The notes: generated by a model from the letters alone, not told the origin. Counted from the stretch's first letter, positions 43,318 through 53,718 are shown. The stretch is DNA of 64,000 nt from Candidatus Latescibacterota bacterium (GCA_965198115.1 OZ240241.1:7968001-8032000), one strand, 5' to 3'. Translations and numbers: made by a program.

Positions 43318-44106
43318 ATGGATGTTGGGTGCTATCTGGATCGAATCGGTTTCAAACGCTCGGTCGAGCCGACCGCGGATGTCCTGCGGCATCTCCATCG
43401 TACACACCTCTTCAGCGTTCCGTTCGAAAACCTCGACATTCCACTCGGGCGCAGCATCGTGCTGAACCTTCGGTCGCTCTACGAAAAGGTGGTCGTTCAC
43501 GGCCGTGGGGGGTTCTGTTACGAGCTGAACGGTCTTTTCGGCTCGTTGCTTCGCGAGGTCGGGTTCGAGGTCGACGTGCTTTCGGGGCGCGTTTTTTCCG
43601 ATGGCGAGTTCGGTCCGGAGTTCGACCATATGCTGCTTTTTCTCGCCGCGGATGGTCCGATGATCGCCGATGTTGGATTCGGGGATTCGTTCGTCGAACC
43701 CGTGAGGCTGGGCAGGGAGGTTCGAGACATCGACGGTCGAGCCTACAGGGTGACCGAGAACACCGATGGCTGGGTGTTGGAGCGGCTTGTAGAGACCTCG
43801 TGGGTGCCACAATACGCGTTCACGCTCGAACCTCGCGAGCTGTGCGATTTCGAGGAAATGTGTCACTTCCAGCAGACGTCACCTGATTCTGTGTTCAGGA
43901 GGAAGAGCATCTGCTCAATGGCGACGCCTACAGGGCGTATCACGCTGTCGAACGATCGTCTGATCATCACGCACGGCGGTCATCGCCACGAGCAGGAGAT
44001 CGAAGATGTCGAGCGCTATCGGTCCCTGCTGGGCGAGCACTACGGAATCAGGCTCGACGCAGATGCGGACATCCGTGCTCTTCTCCGACCTGAGGGCAAG
44101 CGATGA
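43318..44106 (+). CDS. Arylamine N-acetyltransferase
   Basis: Motifs YLDRIG, VPFENL, RGGFCYELN, DHM, DVGFG (Cys-His-Asp triad). Confidence 0.92.
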   Translation: MDVGCYLDRIGFKRSVEPTADVLRHLHRTHLFSVPFENLDIPLGRSIVLNLRSLYEKVVVHGRGGFCYELNGLFGSLLREVGFEVDVLSGRVFSDGEFGPEFDHMLLFLAADGPMIADVGFGDSFVEPVRLGREVRDIDGRAYRVTENTDGWVLERLVETSWVPQYAFTLEPRELCDFEEMCHFQQTSPDSVFRRKSICSMATPTGRITLSNDRLIITHGGHRHEQEIEDVERYRSLLGEHYGIRLDADADIRALLRPEGKR

Positions 44107-44880
44107 CCTGTTGTGAATGGGCCGATCCCAGACTGAGCGAGTTCGGTCTGGTGGCGAACCTCCTACGATCCGAACAGGCGGGCCGATTGGACGAGCAGGG
44201 CTACGTGATTCTCGAGGATGTGATCGGCGAAGCTCGCACGGAGGCGTTGCGCAGAGCGTTCGATCGGATTTCCGAGGAGGAGGGCGAAGAGGCCGGCACG
44301 GAGGTGGCGCAGATGGACGGCGTACGGCGTCTGGCCGATCTCGTGAACAAGGACGAAGCGTTCGACAGTGTGTATGTGGAGCCCGTGTTACTGGCCGCGG
44401 TGGGTTTACGTACTCAGACGTCCGTTCAAGCTGCACTCCGTGAACGGCCACGAGCCGATGAAGGGGGGCGGTCTTCAGGATCTGCACGCGGATACATCGC
44501 AGCCTGTGGTGCCGGGGGGCACCTATCACGTGGTCAATTCGATGTGGATGCTCGATGATTTTACGATGGAAAACGGCTCCACGCGTGTCATCCCGGGCAG
44601 TCATCTGAAACCGGGTCGCATCCACGATCATTTGGAGGATCGGACGGGGGACCAACCCGATCAGGTTCAGTTGACCGCGAAAGCCGGGTCGGTGGCGGTG
44701 TTCAATGGAAACCTGTGGCACAGCTCTTACACCAACCGGGACGGTTCGCCCAGGCGAACACTGCACTGTGCATTCATCGCACGGGAACATCCTCAACAGA
44801 CGAATCAACGCGAGTTTCTGCGTGATGAAACGGCTGTGAGGTTGTCACCTCTGGCGCGATACATTTTGGACGTCGAGTAA
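44103..44880 (+). CDS. PhyH family dioxygenase; apparent frameshift ~44405
   Basis: Motifs LDEQGY, LHAD, NSMWMLDDFT.ENG.TRVIPGSH, LWH. Confidence 0.8.
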
Positions 44881-44983
44881 AGGTCCTCCTCGAAATGCAG
44901 GGATCATACACAGAAACGAAACCGACCCGACGCAATCTTCGTGACGGGCCCTGTTGGCGTGTTCCTGTGTTCGGTGGTGTTTC

Positions 44984-46459
44984 TTACTTCAATTGCCTCT
45001 CCAGCTCGGCGCAGAAGGTCTTGAGCGTCTTGACGCGCGCATACCGTTTGTCGTTGGCTTCGACGATCGTCCAAGGTGCGTGGTCGGTGTTCGTTCGATA
45101 GAGCATTTCGTTTGCGGCGGCGTGATACAGGTCCCACTTGTCGCGGTTCCGCCAGTCTTCGTCCGTCATCTTCCACTTTTTGTGTGGGGTTCGCTGTCTA
45201 TCCTGGAAACGGCGCAACTGTGTGGCACCGTCGATGTGCATCCAGAACTTGAAGATGATCGTGCCGTGGTTGACGAGGTGTTCCTCCATCTCGTTGATTT
45301 CGCGATAGGCACGCCGCCAGGCTTCTTCGGAGCAAAATTCTTCGATCCGCTCGACCAGCACGCGACCGTACCAAGATCGATCGAACAGAGCGATGTGTCC
45401 TTCCCTCGGTAGCACCTGCCAGAAGCGCCATAGATAGTGGTGTGCCTTTTCGACGTAGTTGGGAGCCGCAATCGGGATGACTTCGTAGCCGCGCGGGTCC
45501 ATCCGGCGAAGCAAACGCCTCATGTTGCCGCCCTTGCCTGCGGCATCCCACCCTTCGTAGACGACGATGGCGGATCGTCCCTGACGGAACAACTCGTGCT
45601 CGAGTTCTCGGGCGCGCTCCTGGTGCTTCCGAAGCTGATTGCTGTACTCGCCGCGGGGCAACCTGGGTGACAGGTCGATGTCGCCGAGCACGTCGGGAAT
45701 CGGCGCCTGATCCCAAGCCGGGGGACCGAACTGAACTTCCGTCTGCGTGTGGGTTCGTATTCGGGTCTCGACGGACTGGATGACGGTGTTGAAGACCTTC
45801 TGTGTCGCGTAACGCCAATCTTCGGCTTCGACGATCGTCCAGGGAGCGTATTGCGTATGGGTACGGGCGAGCATCGCGTTCGTGATCTTGGCGTAGCGGC
45901 CATACTGTTTGTGCTTTTCCCAGTCCTTCTCCGTCACGCGCCAGGCCGTGGATGGGTTGCTCTCGAGTTCCCTGAAGCGGGTTTCCTGCTCTCTGGGGGA
46001 CATGTGCAGGAAAAACTTGAGGATGATGTATCCGTCGTCCACGAGCTGACGTTCGAATGTGTTGACTTCCTCGTAGGCACGATCACCGACTTTGTCGGCG
46101 ATGGATTCGTCGAACCCTTCGATCAGAAAGCGGCTGTACCAGGAGCGGTCGAAGATGGCGATTCGGCCCCGTGCGGGTGTCCGGGTCCAGAACCGCCAGA
46201 AATAGGCGTGGCTTCGTTCTTCGGTCGTCGGCTCCGTGATGCTGTGGACGACGGCCCCCCGCGGATCGAGCGAGAGCAGAAGCTTGTTGATTAACGTTCC
46301 CTTGCCCGAGGCGCCCCATCCCTCGAAGGCGATGATCAGCGGGAGCTCGAGCTCGCGAAGGCTGCGTTGAAGCTCGCCAAGACGATTCTCGAGGTCGTCC
46401 TTTTGGGCTTTGTAGTCGGACTTGCGTGTTCGTTTGGTCAGGTCGACGGTGTCCAGCAT
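44984..46459 (-). CDS. pap: Polyphosphate:AMP phosphotransferase (two-domain PPK2, class II)
   Basis: Two PPK2 domains: EGWGASGKG and EGWDAAGKG, FDRSWY twice. Confidence 0.9.
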   Translation of the reverse strand: MLDTVDLTKRTRKSDYKAQKDDLENRLGELQRSLRELELPLIIAFEGWGASGKGTLINKLLLSLDPRGAVVHSITEPTTEERSHAYFWRFWTRTPARGRIAIFDRSWYSRFLIEGFDESIADKVGDRAYEEVNTFERQLVDDGYIILKFFLHMSPREQETRFRELESNPSTAWRVTEKDWEKHKQYGRYAKITNAMLARTHTQYAPWTIVEAEDWRYATQKVFNTVIQSVETRIRTHTQTEVQFGPPAWDQAPIPDVLGDIDLSPRLPRGEYSNQLRKHQERARELEHELFRQGRSAIVVYEGWDAAGKGGNMRRLLRRMDPRGYEVIPIAAPNYVEKAHHYLWRFWQVLPREGHIALFDRSWYGRVLVERIEEFCSEEAWRRAYREINEMEEHLVNHGTIIFKFWMHIDGATQLRRFQDRQRTPHKKWKMTDEDWRNRDKWDLYHAAANEMLYRTNTDHAPWTIVEANDKRYARVKTLKTFCAELERQLK

Positions 46460-46539
46460 TGCGTCGGGTCTCTCGGAGGATTGTTGTATCGTGGGTAAAG
46501 GACGTGGTTACAATAACTTAGAAGCGCAGGCGTTCCGTG

Positions 46540-47325
46540 TCAAGGTCGTGTGCGATGGAAGGCCAGATCCGAGAAAGCGCCCGTTACGGCTCCGCCCGTG
46601 TTGTCCGAGTCCGACATCAGGTAGACGCGTACGATGCGTCCGGGCTCCTCGTTCGGATAGACGCGTCTGTAGTCGGCGTAGAGGTTCCGAACCTCGGGCA
46701 CCCATCGTCCGACGTTGGATTCCCCGGATTCAGCGACGATGCGATGATACTGAAATCGCCAGAAGAAGATCCTCTTTTCCTGGACGAGGATGGATTCCTC
46801 TGGAAGCGAGCGGGTCCACACGTAAGAGATTTCGCGGAGGTCGTCGCTGCCCTTCCTGAGGAGACTGACGCCGAGTTTGGCGGCGAAGTCATCCCCCTTG
46901 CGCTGGATCTTGCCTTTCTTGTCGACGGTCTCGCGGTCGTCGACCGTATTGCTGACTCGCCATTTCCACGAAAGGTAACGGTGGTCGGACGCGTCGAGGA
47001 GGACCCCGGTTTCCCGGTCGATTCTTCGCACGTCGTTCGCGAAATCCCTGGGTGGCCGGTTGCAGTCGCGGATCCAATCGGTATCGGTTTCGATGTCCAG
47101 AGGTCCGTGTAAAGTCGGCACCTGCCAGTAGAGAGCGGCGGATTTTTCCGTCTGGATCGTGAGCGATCCGTTCTGCTGGATGAGTCTGGATGGATCCTCG
47201 CAGTCGTTCCAGTCACGCCGAAGCCAGAGACTCGCCAGATCGAGGGACACTCGCTCCTGGCTGGCGGTCGGGGTTGCCGTCGCGATCAGCGTGTGCACGG
47301 CAATCAGGGTCAGAAGGACTTTCAT
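46540..47325 (-). CDS. Secreted DUF3047-like protein
   Basis: Signal peptide; LSWKWRV, DDFAA, YVW, RNLYADY, MSDSDNT. Confidence 0.75.
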   Translation of the reverse strand: MKVLLTLIAVHTLIATATPTASQERVSLDLASLWLRRDWNDCEDPSRLIQQNGSLTIQTEKSAALYWQVPTLHGPLDIETDTDWIRDCNRPPRDFANDVRRIDRETGVLLDASDHRYLSWKWRVSNTVDDRETVDKKGKIQRKGDDFAAKLGVSLLRKGSDDLREISYVWTRSLPEESILVQEKRIFFWRFQYHRIVAESGESNVGRWVPEVRNLYADYRRVYPNEEPGRIVRVYLMSDSDNTGGAVTGAFSDLAFHRTRP

Positions 47326-47529
47326 CGAGATCGGACGCCTCGTCTGCAGAGGTGATGAGCGGTGTATCTCTAAAGATACACCTGTGACCGTTTTCCCACG
47401 GCTTCGAGAAGAACCGCCGTCAACGCGGTCATCCCCGGAAGTCCGTGCAAATGTCGTTCCTGACGTACACGAAGAAGGCCCCGGGAAAGTTCCCGAGACC
47501 CTTCCGGTCTATATGGTCTGTAGTTTCCA

Positions 47530-47740
47530 CAACTTCCACCGTCCGTTGAGCTTCCTCAGTCCTTTTCCCCGACAAGGGCCTCGATCCCGCAGTTGCTTCC
47601 CCCTCTATGTTTCGGTGTTGTCTGTGGATCCCTCAACTTTCCACCGCCAATAAAGCTTTCTCGGTCCTTCTCCCCGACTAGGGGTCTCGATTTTCGAGGC
47701 TCCCGTATACCCTCCGTGTTCTCCGTGTTCTCAGTGGTTC
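47530..47740. repeat. Two imperfect ~105-bp tandem repeats
   Basis: Units at 47530 and 47634 share CAACTT..CCACCG...AGCTTYCTCRGTCCTTYTCCCCGAC..GGG..TCGAT...CCCTCYRTGTT...GTGTT...GTGG. Confidence 0.7.
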
Positions 47741-47745
47741 GCCCT

Positions 47746-49554
47746 TTATTCTGTGATGATGTCGGCAAAGGTCTTGCCGGACGGGATCATCGGAAGCACG
47801 TGCTCCTGGTAAGGGACGCTGATGTCGAGCAGATAGGGTCCCTTCGAGCCAATCATTCTCATGAGGGCGGGCTCGAGGTCTTTTCTGTGCTCGATGCGCT
47901 CTGCTTCAACTTTAAACCCTTCTGCGACCTTGACGAAGTCGGGAAAGATCAGATGTCCGGGGGTTGCGTGCATGTCATCGGCCGCGAGGGCCGCTTCGGG
48001 ATCCCCGATGTAGGTGTGACCGCGGTTCCCCTCGTAGAAGCGGTCCTCCCACTGCACGACCATGCCCAGATGCTGGTTGTTGAGGATCAGGATCTTGACC
48101 GGGATCTGCTCGGCGTGGAGGGTGGCGAGTTCCTGAACATTCATGGCAAAGGAGCCGTCCCCGTCGATGTCGATCACGAGCGCGTCGGGGCGCGCAAGCT
48201 GTGCGCCCAAAGCGGCCGGCAAGCCGAACCCCATGGCACCCAGGCCGCCGCTCGTGAGCCAGTTTCGCGGCTCGTCGAACGGGTAAAATTGGGCTGCCCA
48301 CATCTGGTGTTGTCCGACGCCGGTCGAGATGACGGCTTTCCCTTCCGTCAGTCTGTAGAGGGTGTCGATCGCATCCTGCTGGAGAATGAGGTCGTCCGTT
48401 TCCTGGAACCGGAATGGATGCTTTTCGCGCTGGGTGTCGATCTCCTTGAGCCAGACCTCGTAGTCGCCGGGCTCGACCATGCCGATCAGCTCATCGAGGG
48501 CGTATTTGATGTCGCTCTCGATCGGTAGGTGGGCTTCCTTGTTTTTATTGAGCTCCGACGGGTCGATGTCGATGTGCACGATGTGGCCGTGCTTGCAGAA
48601 TTCCTCGAGCTTTCCCGTCACCCGATCGTCGAAACGGACGCCGAAAGCGAGCAGCAGGTCGGCGTGGTTCACGGCATAATTGGCGTAGACCGAACCGTGC
48701 ATGCCGAGCATCTGCAGCGAGAGCGGGTGGGTTTCGGGAAACGCACCGAGTCCCATCAGGGTCTGAGCGACAGGGATGTTGGTCCCAATCGCGAAATCAC
48801 GCAGGGCCTGAGATCCGCCGGAGCTGATGATGCCACCACCCGCGTAGATGACGGGGCGCTTGGCATCTTTGATTAGCCGTGCGACCGTGGCGATTTCGTC
48901 ACGGCTCGCCCGAGCATTGGGGGTGTAACTCGGGATCGAAGCGTGATCCGGAAAGTGCGGGACCGTTGTGGTCTGCTGGACATCCTTGGGAATGTCGACG
49001 AGCACGGGACCGGGGCGCCCCGAGTTAGCGATGTAAAAGGCCTCCTTCACGACCCTGGGGATGTCGTCGACGTTTTCGATGAGGTAGTTGTGTTTCGTGA
49101 TCTGGCGTGTGATCTCGATGATGGGTGTTTCCTGGAATGCGTCGCGACCGATGTTCGCGCTCGGGACCTGGCCGGTGACGGCGACCACGGGGACACTGTC
49201 CATCTTGGCATCTGCGAGGCCGGTCACGAGGTTGGTCGCCCCAGGACCGGAGGTCGCCACACAAACGCCTACACGCCCCGTTGCCTTGGCGTAACCCTCG
49301 GCTGCGAAAATCTCGCCCTGCTCGTGACGGCAAAGAACGCATCGTATGCCCGAACGGGTGATCGCCTGATGGATTTCCATGGACGCGCCACCCGGGTAGC
49401 CAAACAGCAGTTCGACTCCTTCGCGGACGAGGGCGTGAATGAGGATGTCCGCGCCGTTCATGGGCGAAGTCGGCTGTTCGGCCGTTCGAGGGATCGATCG
49501 TGGTTCAGCGACGCCGTTGTCTTCGGTCGTCGCGGTCTGCGTCTTGCCAGCCAT
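47746..49554 (-). CDS. ilvB: Acetolactate synthase large (catalytic) subunit
   Basis: Motifs [47 protein letters not shown] precedes ATG 49554. Confidence 0.95.
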   Translation of the reverse strand: MAGKTQTATTEDNGVAEPRSIPRTAEQPTSPMNGADILIHALVREGVELLFGYPGGASMEIHQAITRSGIRCVLCRHEQGEIFAAEGYAKATGRVGVCVATSGPGATNLVTGLADAKMDSVPVVAVTGQVPSANIGRDAFQETPIIEITRQITKHNYLIENVDDIPRVVKEAFYIANSGRPGPVLVDIPKDVQQTTTVPHFPDHASIPSYTPNARASRDEIATVARLIKDAKRPVIYAGGGIISSGGSQALRDFAIGTNIPVAQTLMGLGAFPETHPLSLQMLGMHGSVYANYAVNHADLLLAFGVRFDDRVTGKLEEFCKHGHIVHIDIDPSELNKNKEAHLPIESDIKYALDELIGMVEPGDYEVWLKEIDTQREKHPFRFQETDDLILQQDAIDTLYRLTEGKAVISTGVGQHQMWAAQFYPFDEPRNWLTSGGLGAMGFGLPAALGAQLARPDALVIDIDGDGSFAMNVQELATLHAEQIPVKILILNNQHLGMVVQWEDRFYEGNRGHTYIGDPEAALAADDMHATPGHLIFPDFVKVAEGFKVEAERIEHRKDLEPALMRMIGSKGPYLLDISVPYQEHVLPMIPSGKTFADIITE

Positions 49555-49605
49555 CGGAGTGGCCTCCTTGGCACTGAGAAACTGCCGAAACTGCATTCTG
49601 CAGAT

Positions 49606-49645
49606 AAAGAAAAACCCGCCGCAAGGCTTCGTTGCGGCGGGTTTG
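49606..49645 (-). terminator. Attenuator terminator of the ilvB leader
   Basis: rc AAACCCGCCGCAA-CGAAGCC-TTGCGGCGGGTTT-TTCTTT, lying between the leader ORF and ilvB. Confidence 0.85.
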
Positions 49646-49665
49646 ATCGATCAGGTTGACAACCT

Positions 49666-49758
49666 TCAGGCGCGACCCCACCGCCGCTTGCACGCGACAA
49701 TGCCTACTCGTACGGCTACGAGCGAAAGGGGGTTCGTGCTGGTGTGCCGGGTCGTCAT
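49666..49758 (-). CDS. ilv leader peptide MTTRHTSTNPLSLVAVRVGIVACKRRWGRA
   Basis: 30-aa ORF with a Leu/Val/Ile cluster. Its 3' GCGGCGG can pair with CCGCCGC in the terminator arm (antiterminator). Confidence 0.8.
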   Translation of the reverse strand: MTTRHTSTNPLSLVAVRVGIVACKRRWGRA

Positions 49759-49808
49759 GGTGTGCGATTGCTCTAATTAATTAGCCAAACTTCTCAAACA
49801 ACCTTCTA

Positions 49809-49837
49809 ATAGTAGGGTTCGGTGTGAGAGGTGTCAA
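49809..49837 (-). promoter_or_regulatory. Sigma70-type promoter for the ilv leader and ilvB
   Basis: rc TTGACA-17 bp-TACTAT. Confidence 0.75.
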
Positions 49838-49906
49838 GGGGAAATGTGGAACAGTGGGCACCGGAACCGTTGTTCGTGATCCGGAGAAACCCGGCACGGA
49901 CCGGGA

Positions 49907-50674
49907 CTATGCCTCCTCCTCGAGTTCTTTCAACCGATCGCGGAGCTTGGCGGCCTTTTCGAACTCTTCCTGTTCGATGGCCTGATCCAATTCCTCCTTC
50001 AACCGGTCCTCCAGCGTATTGGGTCGTTTCTGGTTGAGCTCTTTCTCCAGGTCGTCGAGTGCCTGTACCGACCGTCGCTGCTCGATACGAAACTCTTCGG
50101 CATCGACCTCTTCGAGCTCTTCGATCTGATCTCTGGCTTCTCCGATGATCGTGAAGGAGGCTTCGAAGTCTTCGTTCTGCATGGCGATCATCACCCGGGC
50201 AACGGCGTGAATACGGATGATGTAGGGCCACCACTTTTCGAGATTGGACTGGTCCTCCTCCCGCTCGGCGTAGCGGTTCACGAAACGGAAAAGGGCCATG
50301 TTGAATTCCGTGTCGCGGATCACGCGATCGTAGTCCTGAACCTGGAGAAGGAAGACGTAGCGTTCGTACATACGGCGGCTTTCGTCGAACAACTCCTGAC
50401 AATCCTTTTCGCTCAGGCAGAAGCCATCGTCGGATCCGCTGTCGCCGATGAGTGTATCCAGCTTTTCCCGATAGTGCTCGAGTACGAAGTCTGAATCGTG
50501 CGGGCGACGGCCGTCCGGCCGACCATCCAGGTCCATTTGGAGAATGCCCTGGAACGCTCCCTGATCGACGCGGACCTGGATCCGCTCGGTGCCGTCCTCA
50601 TCGATGACTTTCCTGATGCTGTTCTCAGGGTCGAACGGCCATTCACTCAGAAGATTGACGATGTTGTCGTTCAT
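49907..50674 (-). CDS. UvrB/UvrC-motif-containing protein
   Basis: QGILQMDLDGRPDGRRP, DYDRVIRDT, and a C-terminal UVR motif LDQAIEQEEFEKAAKLRDRL. Confidence 0.85.
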   Translation of the reverse strand: MNDNIVNLLSEWPFDPENSIRKVIDEDGTERIQVRVDQGAFQGILQMDLDGRPDGRRPHDSDFVLEHYREKLDTLIGDSGSDDGFCLSEKDCQELFDESRRMYERYVFLLQVQDYDRVIRDTEFNMALFRFVNRYAEREEDQSNLEKWWPYIIRIHAVARVMIAMQNEDFEASFTIIGEARDQIEELEEVDAEEFRIEQRRSVQALDDLEKELNQKRPNTLEDRLKEELDQAIEQEEFEKAAKLRDRLKELEEEA

Positions 50675-50791
50675 GACGTTGTCGAAAAGAGATGGTTTGG
50701 CGGTCGAACGGAGCCCACGGGAGGAGCGATAAGGGCTGGCTAATGTACGCGGCGTGCGAAACCCAGGCAAGACCGAATCCTGCCAGCCGTC

Positions 50792-50820
50792 TTGACTTAC
50801 GTAGCCGCGCCAGCTATCCT
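50792..50820 (+). promoter_or_regulatory. Putative sigma70 promoter, now separated from the downstream permease remnant by ISAzo13
   Basis: TTGACT-17 bp-TATCCT. Confidence 0.45.
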
Positions 50821-50844
50821 AAACCACCGTTTTGTAAGACCTTA

Positions 50845-52135
50845 GGGTTCGCGAATAAATAAACGGTCGATCTCAATGTTGAGCCATTGGCCGGATCGTG
50901 TAGTTCCAGTCGCCGTGGAAATCGTGCGGAGTGAGATCGATTTGGGTCATCTGTTCATCGGTCACCTTGACCCCGTTAGGGTAGGGTCGCTTGTCGATCT
51001 CGGAGCGTACTCGGAGACCGGCTTGAGTGGTCGTTCCGGCAATGAGATTCACGGTTGCAGCCAGGCTGACCAGGGGCTTGCCTCGCCAGTTCATAGCGAT
51101 GAAGGAGAACAGGCGATGTTCGATCTTGTTCCACTTACTAGTGCCAGGAGGGTAGTGGCATACGGTGATCGTCAGGCCAGTGCGATTCGCAAAGCGCTGC
51201 AGCTCCCACTTCCACAGCCGCGTCTTGGCGCCGTTGCTGCCGCCTGCGTCCGCCGTGATTAGCAGATGCGTCGAAGTGCCGTAGGCGGGCCGTCCCATGT
51301 TCTTCCACCAACTTCGGATCGCATTCACGGCGAAGCTGGCCGTGTCGTGATCGATACCGACACTTACCCAGCCTTCATCACGGCTCAGATCATACACTCC
51401 ATAAGGGATCGCCTTGCCCTGAGCAGGCACTATGAAATCGTGTACCTTCACACGCTCCGGGTCTCCCTTGGGTCGCCATTCTCGGCCAGGATTCTTGAAG
51501 TCGCCGATCAACTCTTTCTTCTTGGTGTCCACCGAGATAACGGGAAGGCCCTGCTGCTGCTGGCTAATCCGATCATCGAGGTAAACGAACTGAGCGTCCC
51601 GATCCGGGTGTGCAGATCCCTCCCTTGTCTTCCGATTCGCCTGCAGCGTGTAATCGTGTTCGTGCAGGAGATTGGCAACGATCCTGGGGCTCACCGAATG
51701 CCCCATCGCTTGCAACTCGGCGGCCAGTTTGCGAGTGCTCTTCGATGTCCATCTCAGAGGATTGTCGTCAGGCGACCCCGCAGTCGTTGGCTCGACCAGA
51801 TCATTCAGGTCCTGCCACAGCGTCGGGTCCGTGTCGGCCTTCCGCTTACGACCGCCGCCTGGACGCCGGATGCGAGCCGGGTCCAAAGGTTCGTCCGACC
51901 TCAACTCCTGAATGCCACGAAAGATCCGCTCTCTGGACATTCCTGTCGCCAGAGCCACAATCGCGATCCCACCGTGACCCAACGCTTCGGCTTCCGTGGC
52001 GGCCCACAGACGACGCGTGCGTTCCGTCAGCACCGGAGCCAAGGCTTCATACTTCGTTCGGAGAGTTTCGACGTCCACACTCCGAGCGTAAGATCATTAC
52101 CTTGAAAAGTGCAGCACTTATTTCGTGGCAAACCC
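50845..52135 (-). mobile_element. ISAzo13-family IS (copy 2), TTA duplication; transposase 50873..52078
   Basis: Protein identical to copy 1 except one fewer Gln (QQQQ vs QQQQQ). TTA at 50842-50844 and 52136-52138. Confidence 0.92.
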
Positions 52136-52232
52136 TTAGGCGTCTTGCTTGAAGTCTGTGAAGTTTGCGACTGTCTGTCGCGGCCTGCTTCCTCCGTTGC
52201 TCGATTTGTGATTACCCAGTGGGTACCCTGTC

Positions 52233-52302
52233 CTGGCTAACTGGATTTATACTCGTCTGGCCATCATGATGTTCCTCCAGTTCGCCATTTGGGGTTCCTG
52301 GG
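52233..52302 (+). pseudogene. N-terminal remnant of a nucleoside:H+ symporter (NupG-like MFS)
   Basis: IYTRLAIMMFLQFAIWGSW matches the family's first transmembrane motif, then similarity stops. Confidence 0.6.
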
Positions 52303-52426
52303 GGCCGGCCAGGTTCGCGGTGATGCTGTGTCGCGCGATGATGGTGGCCTCTTCCTCGCTCGAGCCGGAACGCATCAGCAACGTGGCGGCGATTGTCTCG
52401 AGCTTTTCGGCGGATATCTTCGGCAT
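52303..52426 (-). pseudogene. N-terminal remnant of an Ldh_2 (malate/L-lactate dehydrogenase-like) oxidoreductase
   Basis: MPKISAEKLETIAATLL..GSSEEEATIIARH..ANLAG is cut just before the expected HDSHG. RBS present. Confidence 0.65.
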
Positions 52427-52481
52427 GGATCGGTGCTTCCTTTCTTGCAAGACGCCAGCTTGTTCGTGTCGTTATCTGTCC

Positions 52482-53519
52482 CTACCGGACGTGTGCATCC
52501 AAAAACCTCACTATGCGTGCATAGGCGTCTTGGACAGAAGGGTCGGAAAGGTGGGACCAGTCCTCGTCGAACATGTGACCGAATCCGGGAAATCGCAGGA
52601 ACTCGTGCTCGATACCGACTTTCGCCATTGCCTCGGCCATTTGGATGCCCTGCCCGACGGGGATCATAGTATCGGCTTCTCCATATAGGAGAACGGTCGG
52701 TGGGTAACCCTCGGTCACGTTTCGAACGGGCTCATACTGATGGAACCATTCCGGCTCCAGTATTGGGTCTCTGCCGGTCACCACATTGGGCCAGATTCCA
52801 TTTTCGTAGCAGTAGAGGATGTATTTGTTCCGACCCCGGGAGCCGCCTTCAAGGAAGCTCTCGGCCTCCTCGTTGGTCACCGGCTTGTCCGGCCATTTGA
52901 CGTACTCGAGTTCGATACGCTGCTCGGGTGGTGGAACCTGATAATCGGTAATCCAAGTTCCGCTGATGTCGGTGGGGCCGTAGAAACCGATAAGGGCTTG
53001 GGGTCCTGGACGCAGACGAGCTCCGGCGATCAAGCTGAGATAGCATCCCGCAGACCGACCCCACAGAGCAATGCGGTCGGGGTCGATATTAAACCGTGCG
53101 GGTCCATTTCTGCGCACCCATGCGTAGGCGTCTTCGACATCTGCGATGATCTCGGGCAGCTTGTGCTCGGGTGCGACCCGGTATTGGACGTTCGCAAGCG
53201 CATAGCCGGCGTCCAGAAACTTCCTCTGTCTTTCACCTGCCTTCAGATTCGGCGGTCCCTTTCCCAGAATCAGTCCGCCAGCGTGGAAGTAGATGACGAA
53301 GGGACGGACTTCGTCGTCGGCCAAACGCATGACGTCGATTTTCAGGCTGTCACCCTCGACGATCTTGAAGGTATAGGTCTTCTTCTCGTATGTCGTCTCA
53401 GTTTCCTGGGCCATCGAATCCTGAGAGAACCAAGTAAAAAGAATAGCAGCCGAAATAGCGTACTTGAGTGCCTTGCCGGGACGTCTCAGAGATGATCCTC
53501 CTTGGTGGGAAAACGTCAT
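52482..53519 (-). CDS. Alpha/beta hydrolase (esterase), probably secreted
   Basis: Motifs HAGG, YRVAPE, GRSAG, D..IP, GHMFD. Hydrophobic N-terminus. Confidence 0.85.
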   Translation of the reverse strand: MTFSHQGGSSLRRPGKALKYAISAAILFTWFSQDSMAQETETTYEKKTYTFKIVEGDSLKIDVMRLADDEVRPFVIYFHAGGLILGKGPPNLKAGERQRKFLDAGYALANVQYRVAPEHKLPEIIADVEDAYAWVRRNGPARFNIDPDRIALWGRSAGCYLSLIAGARLRPGPQALIGFYGPTDISGTWITDYQVPPPEQRIELEYVKWPDKPVTNEEAESFLEGGSRGRNKYILYCYENGIWPNVVTGRDPILEPEWFHQYEPVRNVTEGYPPTVLLYGEADTMIPVGQGIQMAEAMAKVGIEHEFLRFPGFGHMFDEDWSHLSDPSVQDAYARIVRFLDAHVR

Positions 53520-53544
53520 TCCTTGAACTTCATTCCCTCGGCTC

Positions 53545-53680
53545 TTAGGTGTCCGTGCCGGTGGCAACGAGTTCGTTAGCAGTCGAGTATCCCTCCTGCT
53601 TCCACCACACGAGGCCGCCCTGCAGTTCCTTCACGTCGAATCCAAGCCGGGCCATGTTCAGCGCGCCCTTTGCTTGGCGC
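53545..53680 (-). pseudogene. C-terminal remnant of a rhodanese-like domain
   Basis: rc translation KGALNMARLGFDVKELQGGLVWWKQEGY; no N-terminus. Confidence 0.55.
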
Positions 53681-53718
53681 CAAGTACCGCGAATGAAAAC
53701 GACCGCCTCCTGCGCATG

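Noticed and set aside
47530-47740. CRISPR array
   Set aside because: Only two long degenerate units, no identical short repeats with unique spacers, and no cas genes.
36935-52135. Composite transposon or completed inversion between the ISAzo13 copies
   Set aside because: Both flanks of copy 1 belong to the same HIT gene in the correct order, so no rearrangement is evident.
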